Source: Opitutales bacterium | Lineage (GTDB): Bacteria > Verrucomicrobiota > Verrucomicrobiia > Opitutales > UBA2987 | Assembly (NCBI GenBank): GCA_965226885.1 | Contig: CBDDEL010000017.1 | Coordinates: 1-64,000, forward strand | Reading direction: 5' to 3' | DNA: 64,000 bases | Shown here: piece by piece, positions 42,378 to 51,756 of the stretch | Position numbering within the stretch: position 1 is the stretch's first letter | Layout: each line of letters opens with the position of its first letter | Made by a program: the position numbers and the translations under genes | Notes under the pieces: generated by a model | Database searches by the model: none | The model's input: the letters and a program-made list of their open reading frames with translations, nothing else | What the model was told of the DNA's origin: nothing

Positions 42378-43295
42378 TCAGGCGGCTTGTTTTGGTAAAG
42401 GGTTTTGTTTTCTCGTTGCCCCCCATGGGGGGCAAATATTTTCCTCGAATTGGACTGGGCTTTGGTAACTCAGAGAGGAATGTTTGCGATATCGGTTGTA
42501 GAAGATTTCCACGTATTCGAAGACAGTTGATCGCAGTTCGCGCTCGTCGGCAAAGTGGCGGCCTCGAATCGTGCTGGTCTTGAAGCGGCCGTAGAACGAT
42601 TCCATGGCCGCGTTGTCGTAGCAGTTGCCTTGGGCGCTCATGCTCGGCTTCATGCCTAGTTCAGAGACCAGCCTCTGATAGTCGTCGCTGGCGTAGGGGC
42701 TGCCCCGATCGCTGTGATGAATAATCCCGGTGCGCAGTGTGCCGCGGGTCATGGCCGCGGCTTTGAGGGCCTTGCCAACCAGCTTCGCGTCGTTGTGGTT
42801 GGAAACGCTCCAGCCCAGCAGGCGTCGGCTGAACAGGTCCATCACCGTGGCCAAGTACATCCAACCGGCCAGGGTCCGTAGGTAGGTCGTGTCCGCCACC
42901 CAGACCTCGTCGATATGGGTCGGCTGGCCATGCTTTTTAAGCACATTGGGGCTGTAACCATAGGGATGGTTACTGTTGGTTTTTAATGGCTTAAAGCGTT
43001 TACTCTGGGTGCTTTTGATTCCCATTTCACGCATCAGACGCAGAGCCCGGTCACGGCCGCAATCGATGCCCTCATCATCCTTCAGATGGCGGTGCATTGG
43101 CTGATGCCCATAGCGGCCCTTGGCCTCTTTGTGTACCTTCAGGATCGCCCCCTTGATTCCCTCGTCCTCGATCCGCCGGGCCGAGGGCGCTCGGTGCCTC
43201 CAGCAGTAATAGCCACTGCGACAAATCCCCATCGCCGAGCATATTTCCTCGATCTTGAAGCGCCCCTCGTTGTCTTTGACAAACTGGTACTTCAT
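42378..43295 (-). CDS. IS3 transposase OrfB
   Basis: ATGA overlap with OrfA; VWVADTTY, HHSDRGS, CYDNAAMESF. Confidence 0.9.
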   Translation of the reverse strand: MKYQFVKDNEGRFKIEEICSAMGICRSGYYCWRHRAPSARRIEDEGIKGAILKVHKEAKGRYGHQPMHRHLKDDEGIDCGRDRALRLMREMGIKSTQSKRFKPLKTNSNHPYGYSPNVLKKHGQPTHIDEVWVADTTYLRTLAGWMYLATVMDLFSRRLLGWSVSNHNDAKLVGKALKAAAMTRGTLRTGIIHHSDRGSPYASDDYQRLVSELGMKPSMSAQGNCYDNAAMESFYGRFKTSTIRGRHFADERELRSTVFEYVEIFYNRYRKHSSLSYQSPVQFEENICPPWGATRKQNPLPKQAA

Positions 43296-43603
43296 TGTTC
43301 GTCCTTGGCAAAGTAGCCCACCGTTTTTTTTAGTATCTGGTTGATCCGCTCCGAGCGGCGCAGCTCTTTGCGAAGACGATCTATCTCGGCCGCCATCTCC
43401 TTCGGACTGCTCTGTCGCTTTGAGGTGGCTTCGCCCTGCTGATCGTCCAGATAGAGCCTCTTCCACCTATACAATTGGTTGGTGTTGACCCCAAGTTTGG
43501 TCGATACCTCGGTGGCGCTCAGACCATCGAGTATCATCAGTTGAACTGCCTCATTTTTGAACTCTATACTAAAGCGTCTTCTTCCCATGCTTCGATTCTC
43601 CAT
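43292..43603 (-). CDS. IS3 transposase OrfA
   Basis: RRRFSIEFKNEAV...ILKKTVGYFA; A8 run. Confidence 0.9.
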   Translation of the reverse strand: MENRSMGRRRFSIEFKNEAVQLMILDGLSATEVSTKLGVNTNQLYRWKRLYLDDQQGEATSKRQSSPKEMAAEIDRLRKELRRSERINQILKKTVGYFAKDEQ

Positions 43604-43885
43604 TTAGGAGAATCTCGTGTCCACTTTTTCCAGTGCACATCAGTATAAGTGATGAATGAAGTTATCCGGCTCCCAAACCGAAATAAATCCGACTGGCTTA
43701 GACCCATTGGTAGCCACCCAGATTTTTTCCCCCTCGGTGTCCCGGTCAAAATCGTCCTCTTTATACAAAGAGCTATCCATCCAATCGAAGGCGTGCTTCC
43801 GGGAGTGGAGGTAGATTTTTCGCAAAGCATTTCTATCGCACTCGCTGAAAAGTCGCGTGTCCATGGTTTTTCCTGAATAATAGTT

Positions 43886-44794
43886 TCAGGTGTTTTTCAA
43901 AATGGTAGCGATGCGCTCGGAAATGCCTTTCCATTGGCTGGCTCCGACGGTCACGGGGGCCCGTCTGCCCAGACCACGTGCCCAAACAGTTTTTAATCCG
44001 ATCTGTTTGGCATAATCCAGGTCTACCCCGCCGGGTGGAGCGGAGAGGTCCATGACGAGCGCATGCGGCGGGAGTTTATCGAGAACAGAGGGTGTTACAA
44101 TGCGTGCCGGTACGGTGGAAAAGAGGATGTCTAATTGAGGGGCCAACGATTCCAGGTCATCGGTGTGGGCTGCATCGGCTCCGGCATTGAGGGCGTCCGC
44201 TCTGGCTTCCGCTTTTCTGGCCGCCAGGGTGACGTTTGCCCCCAGCAGGACCAGAGTCCGCGTGAGCATGGCGCCGATATTGCCGTAGCCGACAACGCAG
44301 ACTTTTGACCGGTGCAGGGTCCTGTCGGTGTTTTCGATGGCCAATTGAAGGGCTCCCTCAATAATGGCGTGCATCCGCAGGAGCATCAGCTCCTTGTCCG
44401 ATTCGTATTCATGCAGCCCGATGCCGAGCGATTCAGCGGTTTGTTTGAGCGCTTCGTCGGGGGTCCCCAAAATTATATGGGCGCCGGTGTCCATGACACT
44501 TAAAAGATCGCCATCCAGCAGAATCGATTCGGTGGCGAAAAGAGAACCATCCACACTCATACCGGGAATCGGGAAAAGGGCAAAATGGGCTCCTTTGAGG
44601 GCATCCCGGGCGCTGTCCGATTTTTCCACCCCTTCGATTCCGCCGTCCGGCCAGGGAAATCCGAAAGCCAGCACCTTTGCCCCGGCAGCAGCGGCCAGGC
44701 GGGCAATTTCGCGCTCCCTCTCATCTCCGCCCACTACGGCGATCCGCAGGCGACTCCAATCGACGGAATCCTGGATTTTACTACCTTTTATCAT
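43886..44794 (-). CDS. Dipicolinate synthase subunit A (DpaA/SpoVFA)-like NAD(P)-dependent oxidoreductase
   Basis: IAVVGGD.RE start, EGALQLAIENTD.TLH.SKV.VVGYG.IG, STVPA, DLS.PPGGVD. Confidence 0.75.
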   Translation of the reverse strand: MIKGSKIQDSVDWSRLRIAVVGGDEREREIARLAAAAGAKVLAFGFPWPDGGIEGVEKSDSARDALKGAHFALFPIPGMSVDGSLFATESILLDGDLLSVMDTGAHIILGTPDEALKQTAESLGIGLHEYESDKELMLLRMHAIIEGALQLAIENTDRTLHRSKVCVVGYGNIGAMLTRTLVLLGANVTLAARKAEARADALNAGADAAHTDDLESLAPQLDILFSTVPARIVTPSVLDKLPPHALVMDLSAPPGGVDLDYAKQIGLKTVWARGLGRRAPVTVGASQWKGISERIATILKNT

Positions 44795-45880
44795 TTAACC
44801 CCTGATTTTTTCCAACAAGCCCTCTTTGTCGAGCCCCGCTATGCCCATTTTTTGGGCGTTCCTTCCCGTCGATTGGAAATCCTTTCCGGTCAGTATTTCG
44901 CCCAGTTTCAGGAGGGATTCGGCAGCGGGAGTTTTCACTCCGGCGATTTGCGCCAGGGCCAGGAACGGGACCAGGCCGTGCCCGAAATCCTCCCTATAAT
45001 AGCGATGTCCGAGCGAATCGGGCGCTTTGATTTTGCGGTTGGCTTTGCCCCCGGTGATGGCCCGGACCAGATCGCCTCCCTCCGAATGCGACTTTTCCAC
45101 CGTTCCGAGGGCCGTCATTTCATCGATTAATTGGGGTAAATTATGCCCGAAAGCATTTGCCGTGGCCAGCCTCTCGTCATCGAGGTTTTTCATGACACGG
45201 GCCACACCGGGGGTCATTCCCTCGACATAAAAAGTGAAATCGCCGCCGGTGGCCTCGATCCAGGCCGATCCCAGCACGGCGCAGGGCGGATGCAGGACCA
45301 GATTTACATTGGCCAGGCCGGTGGCCAGGATGTCCCCTACAATGTTGGCCGCCGGGTAAAGCTCTGCGCCCCAGCGAAGCGCTTCCCCGCCCCCCGGGAG
45401 GGCAGCCAGCCGAATGCTTTTGGCCGCGCTGGTGATGATCACCCGGTTCTCCCGGTATTTTCTGGCCACATAGGTGAGGGTGGAAAATTCAGCCAGGGGG
45501 GGCGGACGCATTCCGCGTTCCCTGAAAACATTCTCGAACTCCAGCGCGCCGCCTGTGTGTCCGGGATTGAGGACAATCGGCGTGGAGGTGAATCCGGCAT
45601 CGGCAATGGCGTGGGCCATCGCCGAATGGGCAAAGGTCGGCAGGCAAACCAGAAAAACTTCGGCTCCTTGCAGAACGGCCGGCAAATCGGTGGAAATGAG
45701 TTCGGGTTTGGCCAAGCCTTCTCCCAGGATGCCCTCGTACTCGACCCCGCCGGTTTCCCGCAAGGCATCAAGGGGGCACTGCGAACGGTTCCAGAGGCGT
45801 ACCTCACGGCCGCGGGAAATCTGTTCGGCCACCGCCGAAAGGCCGCCCGCCCCGGCGCCCAATATGGCTACGGCGCTCAT
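44795..45880 (-). CDS. NAD/NADP octopine/nopaline (opine) dehydrogenase family
   Basis: ILGAGAGG, LNPG.TGGALEF, LHPP, LDDERLA, HRYYREDFGHGLVP. Confidence 0.88.
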   Translation of the reverse strand: MSAVAILGAGAGGLSAVAEQISRGREVRLWNRSQCPLDALRETGGVEYEGILGEGLAKPELISTDLPAVLQGAEVFLVCLPTFAHSAMAHAIADAGFTSTPIVLNPGHTGGALEFENVFRERGMRPPPLAEFSTLTYVARKYRENRVIITSAAKSIRLAALPGGGEALRWGAELYPAANIVGDILATGLANVNLVLHPPCAVLGSAWIEATGGDFTFYVEGMTPGVARVMKNLDDERLATANAFGHNLPQLIDEMTALGTVEKSHSEGGDLVRAITGGKANRKIKAPDSLGHRYYREDFGHGLVPFLALAQIAGVKTPAAESLLKLGEILTGKDFQSTGRNAQKMGIAGLDKEGLLEKIRG

Positions 45881-47034
45881 TTTTCGGCGTATTTTTCCAG
45901 CTTGGCAAGGTCCACCTCGACGCCCAGCCCTGGGCCGTCTGGGGCCATGACTTGGCCGTCCTGGAACCTGAATGGCTCCGTCACAATATCGTCCAAGTAG
46001 TAAATACCGGCGATATCCGGCCCTGGCGCGCCCTCCGGTTTGGTAACCGGGCATACGCTGGGCAGGATGGCATTTTTGAGGGCCGTTCCCAGGTGGAGGT
46101 TGGCCGCGTTGCCAATTCCCAATTCGATGGAGCCTCCGATATCGCAATAAATCCCCAGGGTGTCGGCGAAATCGGCCTGCTGTTTGGCCCGGTAAAGGCC
46201 GCCCGGCTTGGTCACGTAGCAGGAAAAACAGGCGGCGGCTTCATTTTCATGCAATTCCAGAATATCCCCGACCGTCCAGGCCGACTCGTCGGCCATGACC
46301 GGGGTGTCGATGCGCGCGGCCACCTTGGCCAGACCCTCGATACCCGCCACCGGCTGTTCGCACAGAAAGATGCCATATTCCTCCTGTCGGCGGGTCACCT
46401 CGACGGCCTCCTGAATGGTGGCGTAGCCCTCGTTGCCATCAACCCGGATGCGTACCTCGTCTCCCAGTTTTTCCCTTAATTTTTGGACCAATTCCACATC
46501 TCTGGCGGGATCGAGGCCGGTTTTGCATTTGAGGGTGCGTGCCCCTTCGGCCACGGCTTGTTCCGCTTCGGTCACGCAGCGGTCGTTGTCCATGATGCCG
46601 AGGGAGTGGGCGATTTCGATACCATCGCGGTGGCGGCCCCCAAGGAGAGTGGAAACGGGCACTCCAAAGGCCTTTCCGGCGATATCGTAACAGGCCATGT
46701 CGATGGCCGCCTTGGCATAGGGATGGCCTTTGGCCGCCCGGTCCATTTGGGCATGCAGGACACCCATCTGCCTGGGATCCATACCTTTGATGGCGGGAAG
46801 CAGGTGATCCATGATGAGGTGTTTGACCGTTTCCGGGGATTCGCCGTAATAACGCATGGCGGCCCCGCCCCAAGTCATTCCGGCGGGCGCTTCGCCCCAG
46901 CCGCTGAGGCCCTCGTCGGTGTCGACCCGTACGATGGCATGCCGCCCTATGGGAGCGACCATTTTACTGGCCCAGGTGTGGTGGCGGCGGTTGGGGATGG
47001 CCACAATTGTTACGGTGCAATCGACGATTTTCAT
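45877..47034 (-). CDS. Enolase-superfamily enzyme, muconate-lactonizing (MLE) subgroup
   Basis: GWGEA, KCK, VDGNEG, EQP, MADES, GPGLGV. Confidence 0.88.
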   Translation of the reverse strand: MKIVDCTVTIVAIPNRRHHTWASKMVAPIGRHAIVRVDTDEGLSGWGEAPAGMTWGGAAMRYYGESPETVKHLIMDHLLPAIKGMDPRQMGVLHAQMDRAAKGHPYAKAAIDMACYDIAGKAFGVPVSTLLGGRHRDGIEIAHSLGIMDNDRCVTEAEQAVAEGARTLKCKTGLDPARDVELVQKLREKLGDEVRIRVDGNEGYATIQEAVEVTRRQEEYGIFLCEQPVAGIEGLAKVAARIDTPVMADESAWTVGDILELHENEAAACFSCYVTKPGGLYRAKQQADFADTLGIYCDIGGSIELGIGNAANLHLGTALKNAILPSVCPVTKPEGAPGPDIAGIYYLDDIVTEPFRFQDGQVMAPDGPGLGVEVDLAKLEKYAEK

Positions 47035-47179
47035 AGTACCTCACTGATCGAAAATCGTTTTTATCTCAATTAAAATCTGATTGCCAGCAGAGGAGGCGTA
47101 AAAACATAATCATCGCCCATACCCTTGCCAGGAATCCGGCAAAGGTTGTTTTCAGCGAAAAAGGAGTGAATTAAATAAA

Positions 47180-47425
47180 ATGCCAGTAGTAACTGTTCAA
47201 ATGTGGCCGGGCCGGACAACCGAGCAAAAACGGGCCCTCGTCAAAGCCATCACCGATGCCATGGTCGAACACGCCAATGCCAGACCGGATGCCTTGCATG
47301 TGGTCTTACAGGAAGTGCCCCTGGAAAACTGGGGACGGGCCGGTGTGCTCGGCGTCGATCGAGTGGATTTGAAAAAGGATAAAAAGGAGGGAGAGGTAGA
47401 AGGGCAGGGCGTCGATGAGTCTTGA
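47180..47425 (+). CDS. 4-oxalocrotonate tautomerase family
   Basis: Catalytic Pro1, GRT.EQK..L, NWG.AG. Confidence 0.88.
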   Translation: MPVVTVQMWPGRTTEQKRALVKAITDAMVEHANARPDALHVVLQEVPLENWGRAGVLGVDRVDLKKDKKEGEVEGQGVDES

Positions 47426-48404
47426 TTTACTCGATCCGGGTAAAACCGCGCTCATTGTCATCGACATGCAGAATGCCTTTGCCCACGAAAAGGGGACTCT
47501 GGGCATTTCCGGGGTAAACATCGAGCCGGCCCGTGAGGCCGTCGAACCGATTTCCCGATTGGTCAAAGGCTGCCAAAAAGCGGGTGTGCCGGTTCTGTGG
47601 ACCTTACAGGAACATTTTCCCGCTGAAAAGGACCACCGGCGCGGAAAAAAAAGGCTTCCCTCGCACACTTCGAAGCGCAAAACGGTTTCCGCCCTGGCCA
47701 GAAGCTGGGACGCCCAACTACTGGACGAACTGGCTCCGTTGGCAGACGATCCTTCGCTCATCATTCGCAAACACCGCTTCGGTGGATTTTATGAAACGCG
47801 TTTGCAAATCGTCCTCGAAATGCTGGGGGTGGAGGCGCTTTTAGTGACCGGAGCCACTGCCAATGCCTGCGTCGAGACGACGCTGCGCGAGGCCTATTTG
47901 CGCGATTACGATGTGGTCGCGGTGACCGATTGCATCGCCGGGGTATCAGCCGAATGGGAAAAACCGGCCCAGGAAGTCTGGGCGCATTATTTGGGTATAT
48001 TGGCCGATTCCTCAGCCGTTCTGGAATGGATTGAAAACGCGGGCGGCGCGCGCAACTTGGGTCTGGCCCATCTATTGTTGAAAGTGAGCAACCTCGAAAG
48101 ATCGCGACGGTTTTATGTCGAAATGCTCGGCTTTAAGGTGCGTCCCGATGCCTCGCCGCTGCCCGACGGGCGTCCCCTCGTGGTGATGGAGCAGGGTCTA
48201 GGCCTTACCATTGGCGGCGATGGCCAGGGCCAGGTGGATCATATCGCCTTTGAAGTGCGTGGGGTGGCGGAGTTTGCCCAACGCGTTAAAGAGGCCGGAG
48301 TTCCCATCTTCCGCGATCTTGGCCCCGGCGCCTACGGCTTGACCATTTACGTAAAAGATCCCGATGGCAACATCATCGAAATTTTTGAGAAAAATCCTCG
48401 TTAA
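47415..48404 (+). CDS. Isochorismatase-family cysteine amidohydrolase fused to a VOC/glyoxalase domain
   Basis: IDMQN, KHR and NACVETT triad, then HLLLKV..LERSRRFY, DHIAF, DPDGNIIE. Confidence 0.85.
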   Translation: MSLDLLDPGKTALIVIDMQNAFAHEKGTLGISGVNIEPAREAVEPISRLVKGCQKAGVPVLWTLQEHFPAEKDHRRGKKRLPSHTSKRKTVSALARSWDAQLLDELAPLADDPSLIIRKHRFGGFYETRLQIVLEMLGVEALLVTGATANACVETTLREAYLRDYDVVAVTDCIAGVSAEWEKPAQEVWAHYLGILADSSAVLEWIENAGGARNLGLAHLLLKVSNLERSRRFYVEMLGFKVRPDASPLPDGRPLVVMEQGLGLTIGGDGQGQVDHIAFEVRGVAEFAQRVKEAGVPIFRDLGPGAYGLTIYVKDPDGNIIEIFEKNPR

Positions 48405-48421
48405 AACGGGATTTTAGGGTG

Positions 48422-49264
48422 TCAGATTGAGGGTGGGGGAAACGGAAAAACCGTTTTTATTCCGGCCAGGGTTTCCTCGGTTGTGTGGTCGCCGGGAACG
48501 CATTCAAACCCGACTGGTCCGTCCCAGCCGAGGGCCTGCATTTCCCGCCAGATGGCGTGGATGTCGATTTCACCCGAACCGGGCATGCCACGCCCTGGAA
48601 CATTGGCGATGTGAATGGCTCCCGCCTTGTCGATGGTGCGCCGCAGGTTTTTGATGATGTTCCCTTCGTTGATCTGCTGGTGGTAGAGATCGAAAACGAA
48701 TTTCAGGCGCGGATAATCGATGCGTTTGACCAGTTCGTAGGTATCGACGGCGCTGCGCAAGAGGTAGCCCTGGACGTCGTCCTGGGAAAGAGGCTCGATG
48801 AGCAGATCGACATCGACCCCGGAGTTGGCGGCCAGTTTGGTCACTTTTTTGACGCCTTGGTCGAGGTTTGCCCAACGTTCTTCATCGGTTAACGGGCGGG
48901 AATGGGGAACCACGATTCCCCCGTGGCCCACCTCGTCGGTCTGCAAAAAGAGGGCTTTGACACCCGTTCGCGCGGCCATATCGAGGGACTCCTTGAATTG
49001 TTCGAGGACCTTTTCGTGGTCTGCGGCGTCGCAGAGGGAACCTTTGCGTGAACCGAAAACCGAATTGACGAAAATTCCGTTGTCCTGGGCCACCTGGGCC
49101 AGATGGTTGATATCCTTGTCGATCCAGTCCCAGAAATCGACACCGTTGAAACCGGCCTGGGCGGCGGCGGGGATGCGTTCCTCGACGGGCAGTTCATTCC
49201 AGAGGAACTGGTATTGGGGCATCCCGGCGATAGATTCGACCATGGCGATGTATTCCATTTTCAA
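48422..49264 (-). CDS. Hydroxypyruvate isomerase-like TIM-barrel isomerase/epimerase
   Basis: AGFNGVDFW, LIEPL, FDLYHQQINEGN, VPGR..PGSGEI. Confidence 0.82.
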   Translation of the reverse strand: MKMEYIAMVESIAGMPQYQFLWNELPVEERIPAAAQAGFNGVDFWDWIDKDINHLAQVAQDNGIFVNSVFGSRKGSLCDAADHEKVLEQFKESLDMAARTGVKALFLQTDEVGHGGIVVPHSRPLTDEERWANLDQGVKKVTKLAANSGVDVDLLIEPLSQDDVQGYLLRSAVDTYELVKRIDYPRLKFVFDLYHQQINEGNIIKNLRRTIDKAGAIHIANVPGRGMPGSGEIDIHAIWREMQALGWDGPVGFECVPGDHTTEETLAGIKTVFPFPPPSI

Positions 49265-49404
49265 ATTCCGACCTAATTAAAATTATGGGTTAGGTTTATG
49301 TTTGCGGGAAACGTTTACTGTAATGGGAGGCGCCAGAGGTTGGAAATATGCCAGCACTATTTTTGTCTAGTCAATGACTTTAATCCGGTGCAAAATCTTA
49401 TCGA

Positions 49405-50754
49405 ATGAAAGCCGATCTTGTAATCCGTAATGCCAGGGTGGTGGACCACAAAGGCGAGTTTTTTAGTGGTATCGCCGTGTTGGGAGAAAAAATCCTTTTG
49501 ACCGGCACAAACGATGCCCTTCCCGAGGGGCGAAGGGAGATCGATGCCGAGGGGCGTTGCCTGATGCCGGGCGTGATCGACCCGCACTGTCATCTGGGGG
49601 TCAATTACCCTTATGATGAGGACATGCGCTCCGAAAGCGCCCAGGCGGCCCGCGGGGGGTTGACCACTTTTTTCCTCTATATCCGTAATAAGGAGCCTTC
49701 CTATATTCCATTTTATCATGACCGGCGGTCGGTGGGGGAGGCGAACTCCTGCCTCGATTTTGGTTTTCATTTCGGTATTCAGCGGGAGGAACATATCCAT
49801 GAAATCCCACGTATCGCGGAGGAAACGGGGGTGCAGTCTTTTAAACTTTATTTTGGCTACGAGGCGGACAATCCCATCGGTATCGTGCCCGCCACGGATG
49901 GCTGGGTTTATGGGGCCATGCAGAGGGCGGCCAAGCTGCCTCGGGGCAAGGTATCCGTGCATTGCGAAAACACGGCCATCGCCACCTGGTTGAAAAAAGA
50001 GCTGATGGCCACGGGACGCCAGGACCTGGGGGCTTTTACGGAATCGCGCCCGGCATTTTGCGAGGAGGAAACCATTGGGCGCATGATTTTTCTGGCGGAG
50101 TTGACCGGCTGCCCTCTTTATATTGTCCACACGACGATTGGCGTAGGTCCCATTATGGGAGCCGAGGCGCGGGCCCGGGGCGTCGATGTGACGATCGAGA
50201 CCTGCCCGCACTATCTTACGCGGACGGCTTATGATGAGGACCTCGATATGCGGGCCAAGATTTCCCCGCCTTTGCGCGATGAGAAGGAAAAGGAAATGCT
50301 TTGGGAGGGGGTTTTGAATGGTTCGGTGCGCAGTCTCGGTAGCGACCATGTGCCGTTTTTCCCAAAAAAAGGAGAGGATTTGTGGACGGAAAAACCGGGT
50401 ATCGTCTCCTTTCCCTGGGAACTGCCGCTGATGCTTTCGGAGGGCGTTCACCGGCGGGGTTTGCCGCTGTCCCGGCTGGCCTACCTCAATTCCGCTGGGC
50501 CGGCCCAGCATTTCGGTTTTTACCCGCAAAAAGGCTCCCTCCTGGCCGGAACCGACGCCGACCTCGTTCTGGTTGATTTGGACGAGGAGCGGGAAGTCGT
50601 CCACACCGGCAACGGAACCTGTATCTACGAAGGAATGAACCTCAAAGGCTGGCCCGTCCTGACCGTCTCAAGGGGCCGCATCATTTACGAAAACGGTGAA
50701 GTGGATGAAGATGCCTACGGCCACGGATTGTGCGTCAACGTCCCCGAAAAGTAA
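49405..50754 (+). CDS. Cyclic amidohydrolase (hydantoinase/dihydropyrimidinase/allantoinase family)
   Basis: PGVIDPHCH, SFKLY, VHCEN, IVH, ETCPHYL, GSDH. Confidence 0.88.
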   Translation: MKADLVIRNARVVDHKGEFFSGIAVLGEKILLTGTNDALPEGRREIDAEGRCLMPGVIDPHCHLGVNYPYDEDMRSESAQAARGGLTTFFLYIRNKEPSYIPFYHDRRSVGEANSCLDFGFHFGIQREEHIHEIPRIAEETGVQSFKLYFGYEADNPIGIVPATDGWVYGAMQRAAKLPRGKVSVHCENTAIATWLKKELMATGRQDLGAFTESRPAFCEEETIGRMIFLAELTGCPLYIVHTTIGVGPIMGAEARARGVDVTIETCPHYLTRTAYDEDLDMRAKISPPLRDEKEKEMLWEGVLNGSVRSLGSDHVPFFPKKGEDLWTEKPGIVSFPWELPLMLSEGVHRRGLPLSRLAYLNSAGPAQHFGFYPQKGSLLAGTDADLVLVDLDEEREVVHTGNGTCIYEGMNLKGWPVLTVSRGRIIYENGEVDEDAYGHGLCVNVPEK

Positions 50755-50972
50755 TGATTTTCCCCGTCCTCAACATCTTCCTCTTCGCCTTCCTCTCCCT
50801 CATCCTCCCGACTTAATTTGAGACTCTGATAATGGCAAAATTCGTTCTTACGAAACCGATGACACCGGAAGATATAATCAAAGATTAGTGCTACAATGTC
50901 GAGTTCACTCGCGCAGCTTGTCCGCGCGATTCTCGGAAAGCAGTATTGGACACAACACTCAGGCTACTGTAT

Positions 50973-51725
50973 TCACTCCTTCCAGTCTTCCCATTGAGGT
51001 GCGCGTGCTTTGCTGATTCCTACCCTGCTATAGATAACGGCGTGATTAGTTTTGAATGGCCACGCACATTCGATACGCTTTTCGCGCTGCTTGTTACGAA
51101 AAATCAATCCCCTGGGACGTTGTGTACCCCAAAAAACTGAGTTGTCGGGTTTTCCGAGGAGGAGGCTAAAATGCACACCGGCAACGCGAAACTTAACTGC
51201 CTTAACTTCCCTTGTGTCGGTGTTGGTGAGCATTTCGAGAAAAAATTCCGTGGCCAGAACTTGATTTCCTGAGGGCGTTGGGACATACAGACCCCAACCA
51301 TCAGGCCATGTCCCACCCGACAATAATTGACACCACTTGGTCGGGACGGTCCCATTGTTGAAGTCCATTCCCACCGCCAAGCCACACATAATTTTCAGAA
51401 ACCATCGTTCGACCAACATACCGTCAACCGTTGTGACGGCTGGCAAGGTTTCTGGTCGTTTATCTGCTGCATCGATTACTTGAAAAAATTCACCAGCCAT
51501 ATTGTCGAGTTCGCTGAGAGCGGAGTTGTGCGTCTCGCAGAGAATATTCGAGATAAGAGATTTGATACCGAAGCACTGAAGAGTTTGTTTTGGTTGAAGC
51601 GGAAGCCCGCTGATTTGGACGTTCCCAGTGCCACTAATAGCATTTAGCACAGTAGCGGAAATGTAGTGCTCGCCGGAGATTTTTCCTCCGCATTTACCAT
51701 GACCTTGAAGAAAACAACTGCTCAT
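50973..51725 (-). CDS. Hypothetical protein with HNH-like N-terminal motif
   Basis: C..C..EHYIS...LCETHN..S.LD; AT-richer than its neighbours; ATG at 51725. Confidence 0.55.
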   Translation of the reverse strand: MSSCFLQGHGKCGGKISGEHYISATVLNAISGTGNVQISGLPLQPKQTLQCFGIKSLISNILCETHNSALSELDNMAGEFFQVIDAADKRPETLPAVTTVDGMLVERWFLKIMCGLAVGMDFNNGTVPTKWCQLLSGGTWPDGWGLYVPTPSGNQVLATEFFLEMLTNTDTREVKAVKFRVAGVHFSLLLGKPDNSVFWGTQRPRGLIFRNKQREKRIECAWPFKTNHAVIYSRVGISKARAPQWEDWKE

Positions 51726-51756
51726 GCCGTTCGTCCATGTGGTGCCCAACTAGATA

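Larger units (their letters stand above)
42315..43642 (-). mobile_element. IS3-family element (copy 1 of 2)
   Basis: IRs TGACGTGTACTGGA..TGGACAC and TGATGTGCACTGGA..TGGACAC; no target duplication. Confidence 0.92.
42031..43864 (-). pseudogene. GNAT acetyltransferase split by an IS3 element
   Basis: N-half ends FIHHLY at 43643; C-half resumes VIGQGIGSALL...NIKAIDFYLSKGW at 42314. Confidence 0.82.

Noticed and set aside
43886..44794. Sporulation dipicolinate synthesis
   Set aside because: No SpoVFB/asd/dapG context, and the host is a diderm with LPS genes
44795..45880. Opine metallophore (staphylopine/pseudopaline CntM) biosynthesis
   Set aside because: No nicotianamine-synthase-like CntL, exporter or metal-uptake genes nearby; the context is hydrolytic and catabolic
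50973..51749. HNH-like gene truncated by the IS5-like element
   Set aside because: An in-frame TAG precedes 51749 and a plausible ATG is at 51725, so the IS lies upstream of the gene rather than inside it
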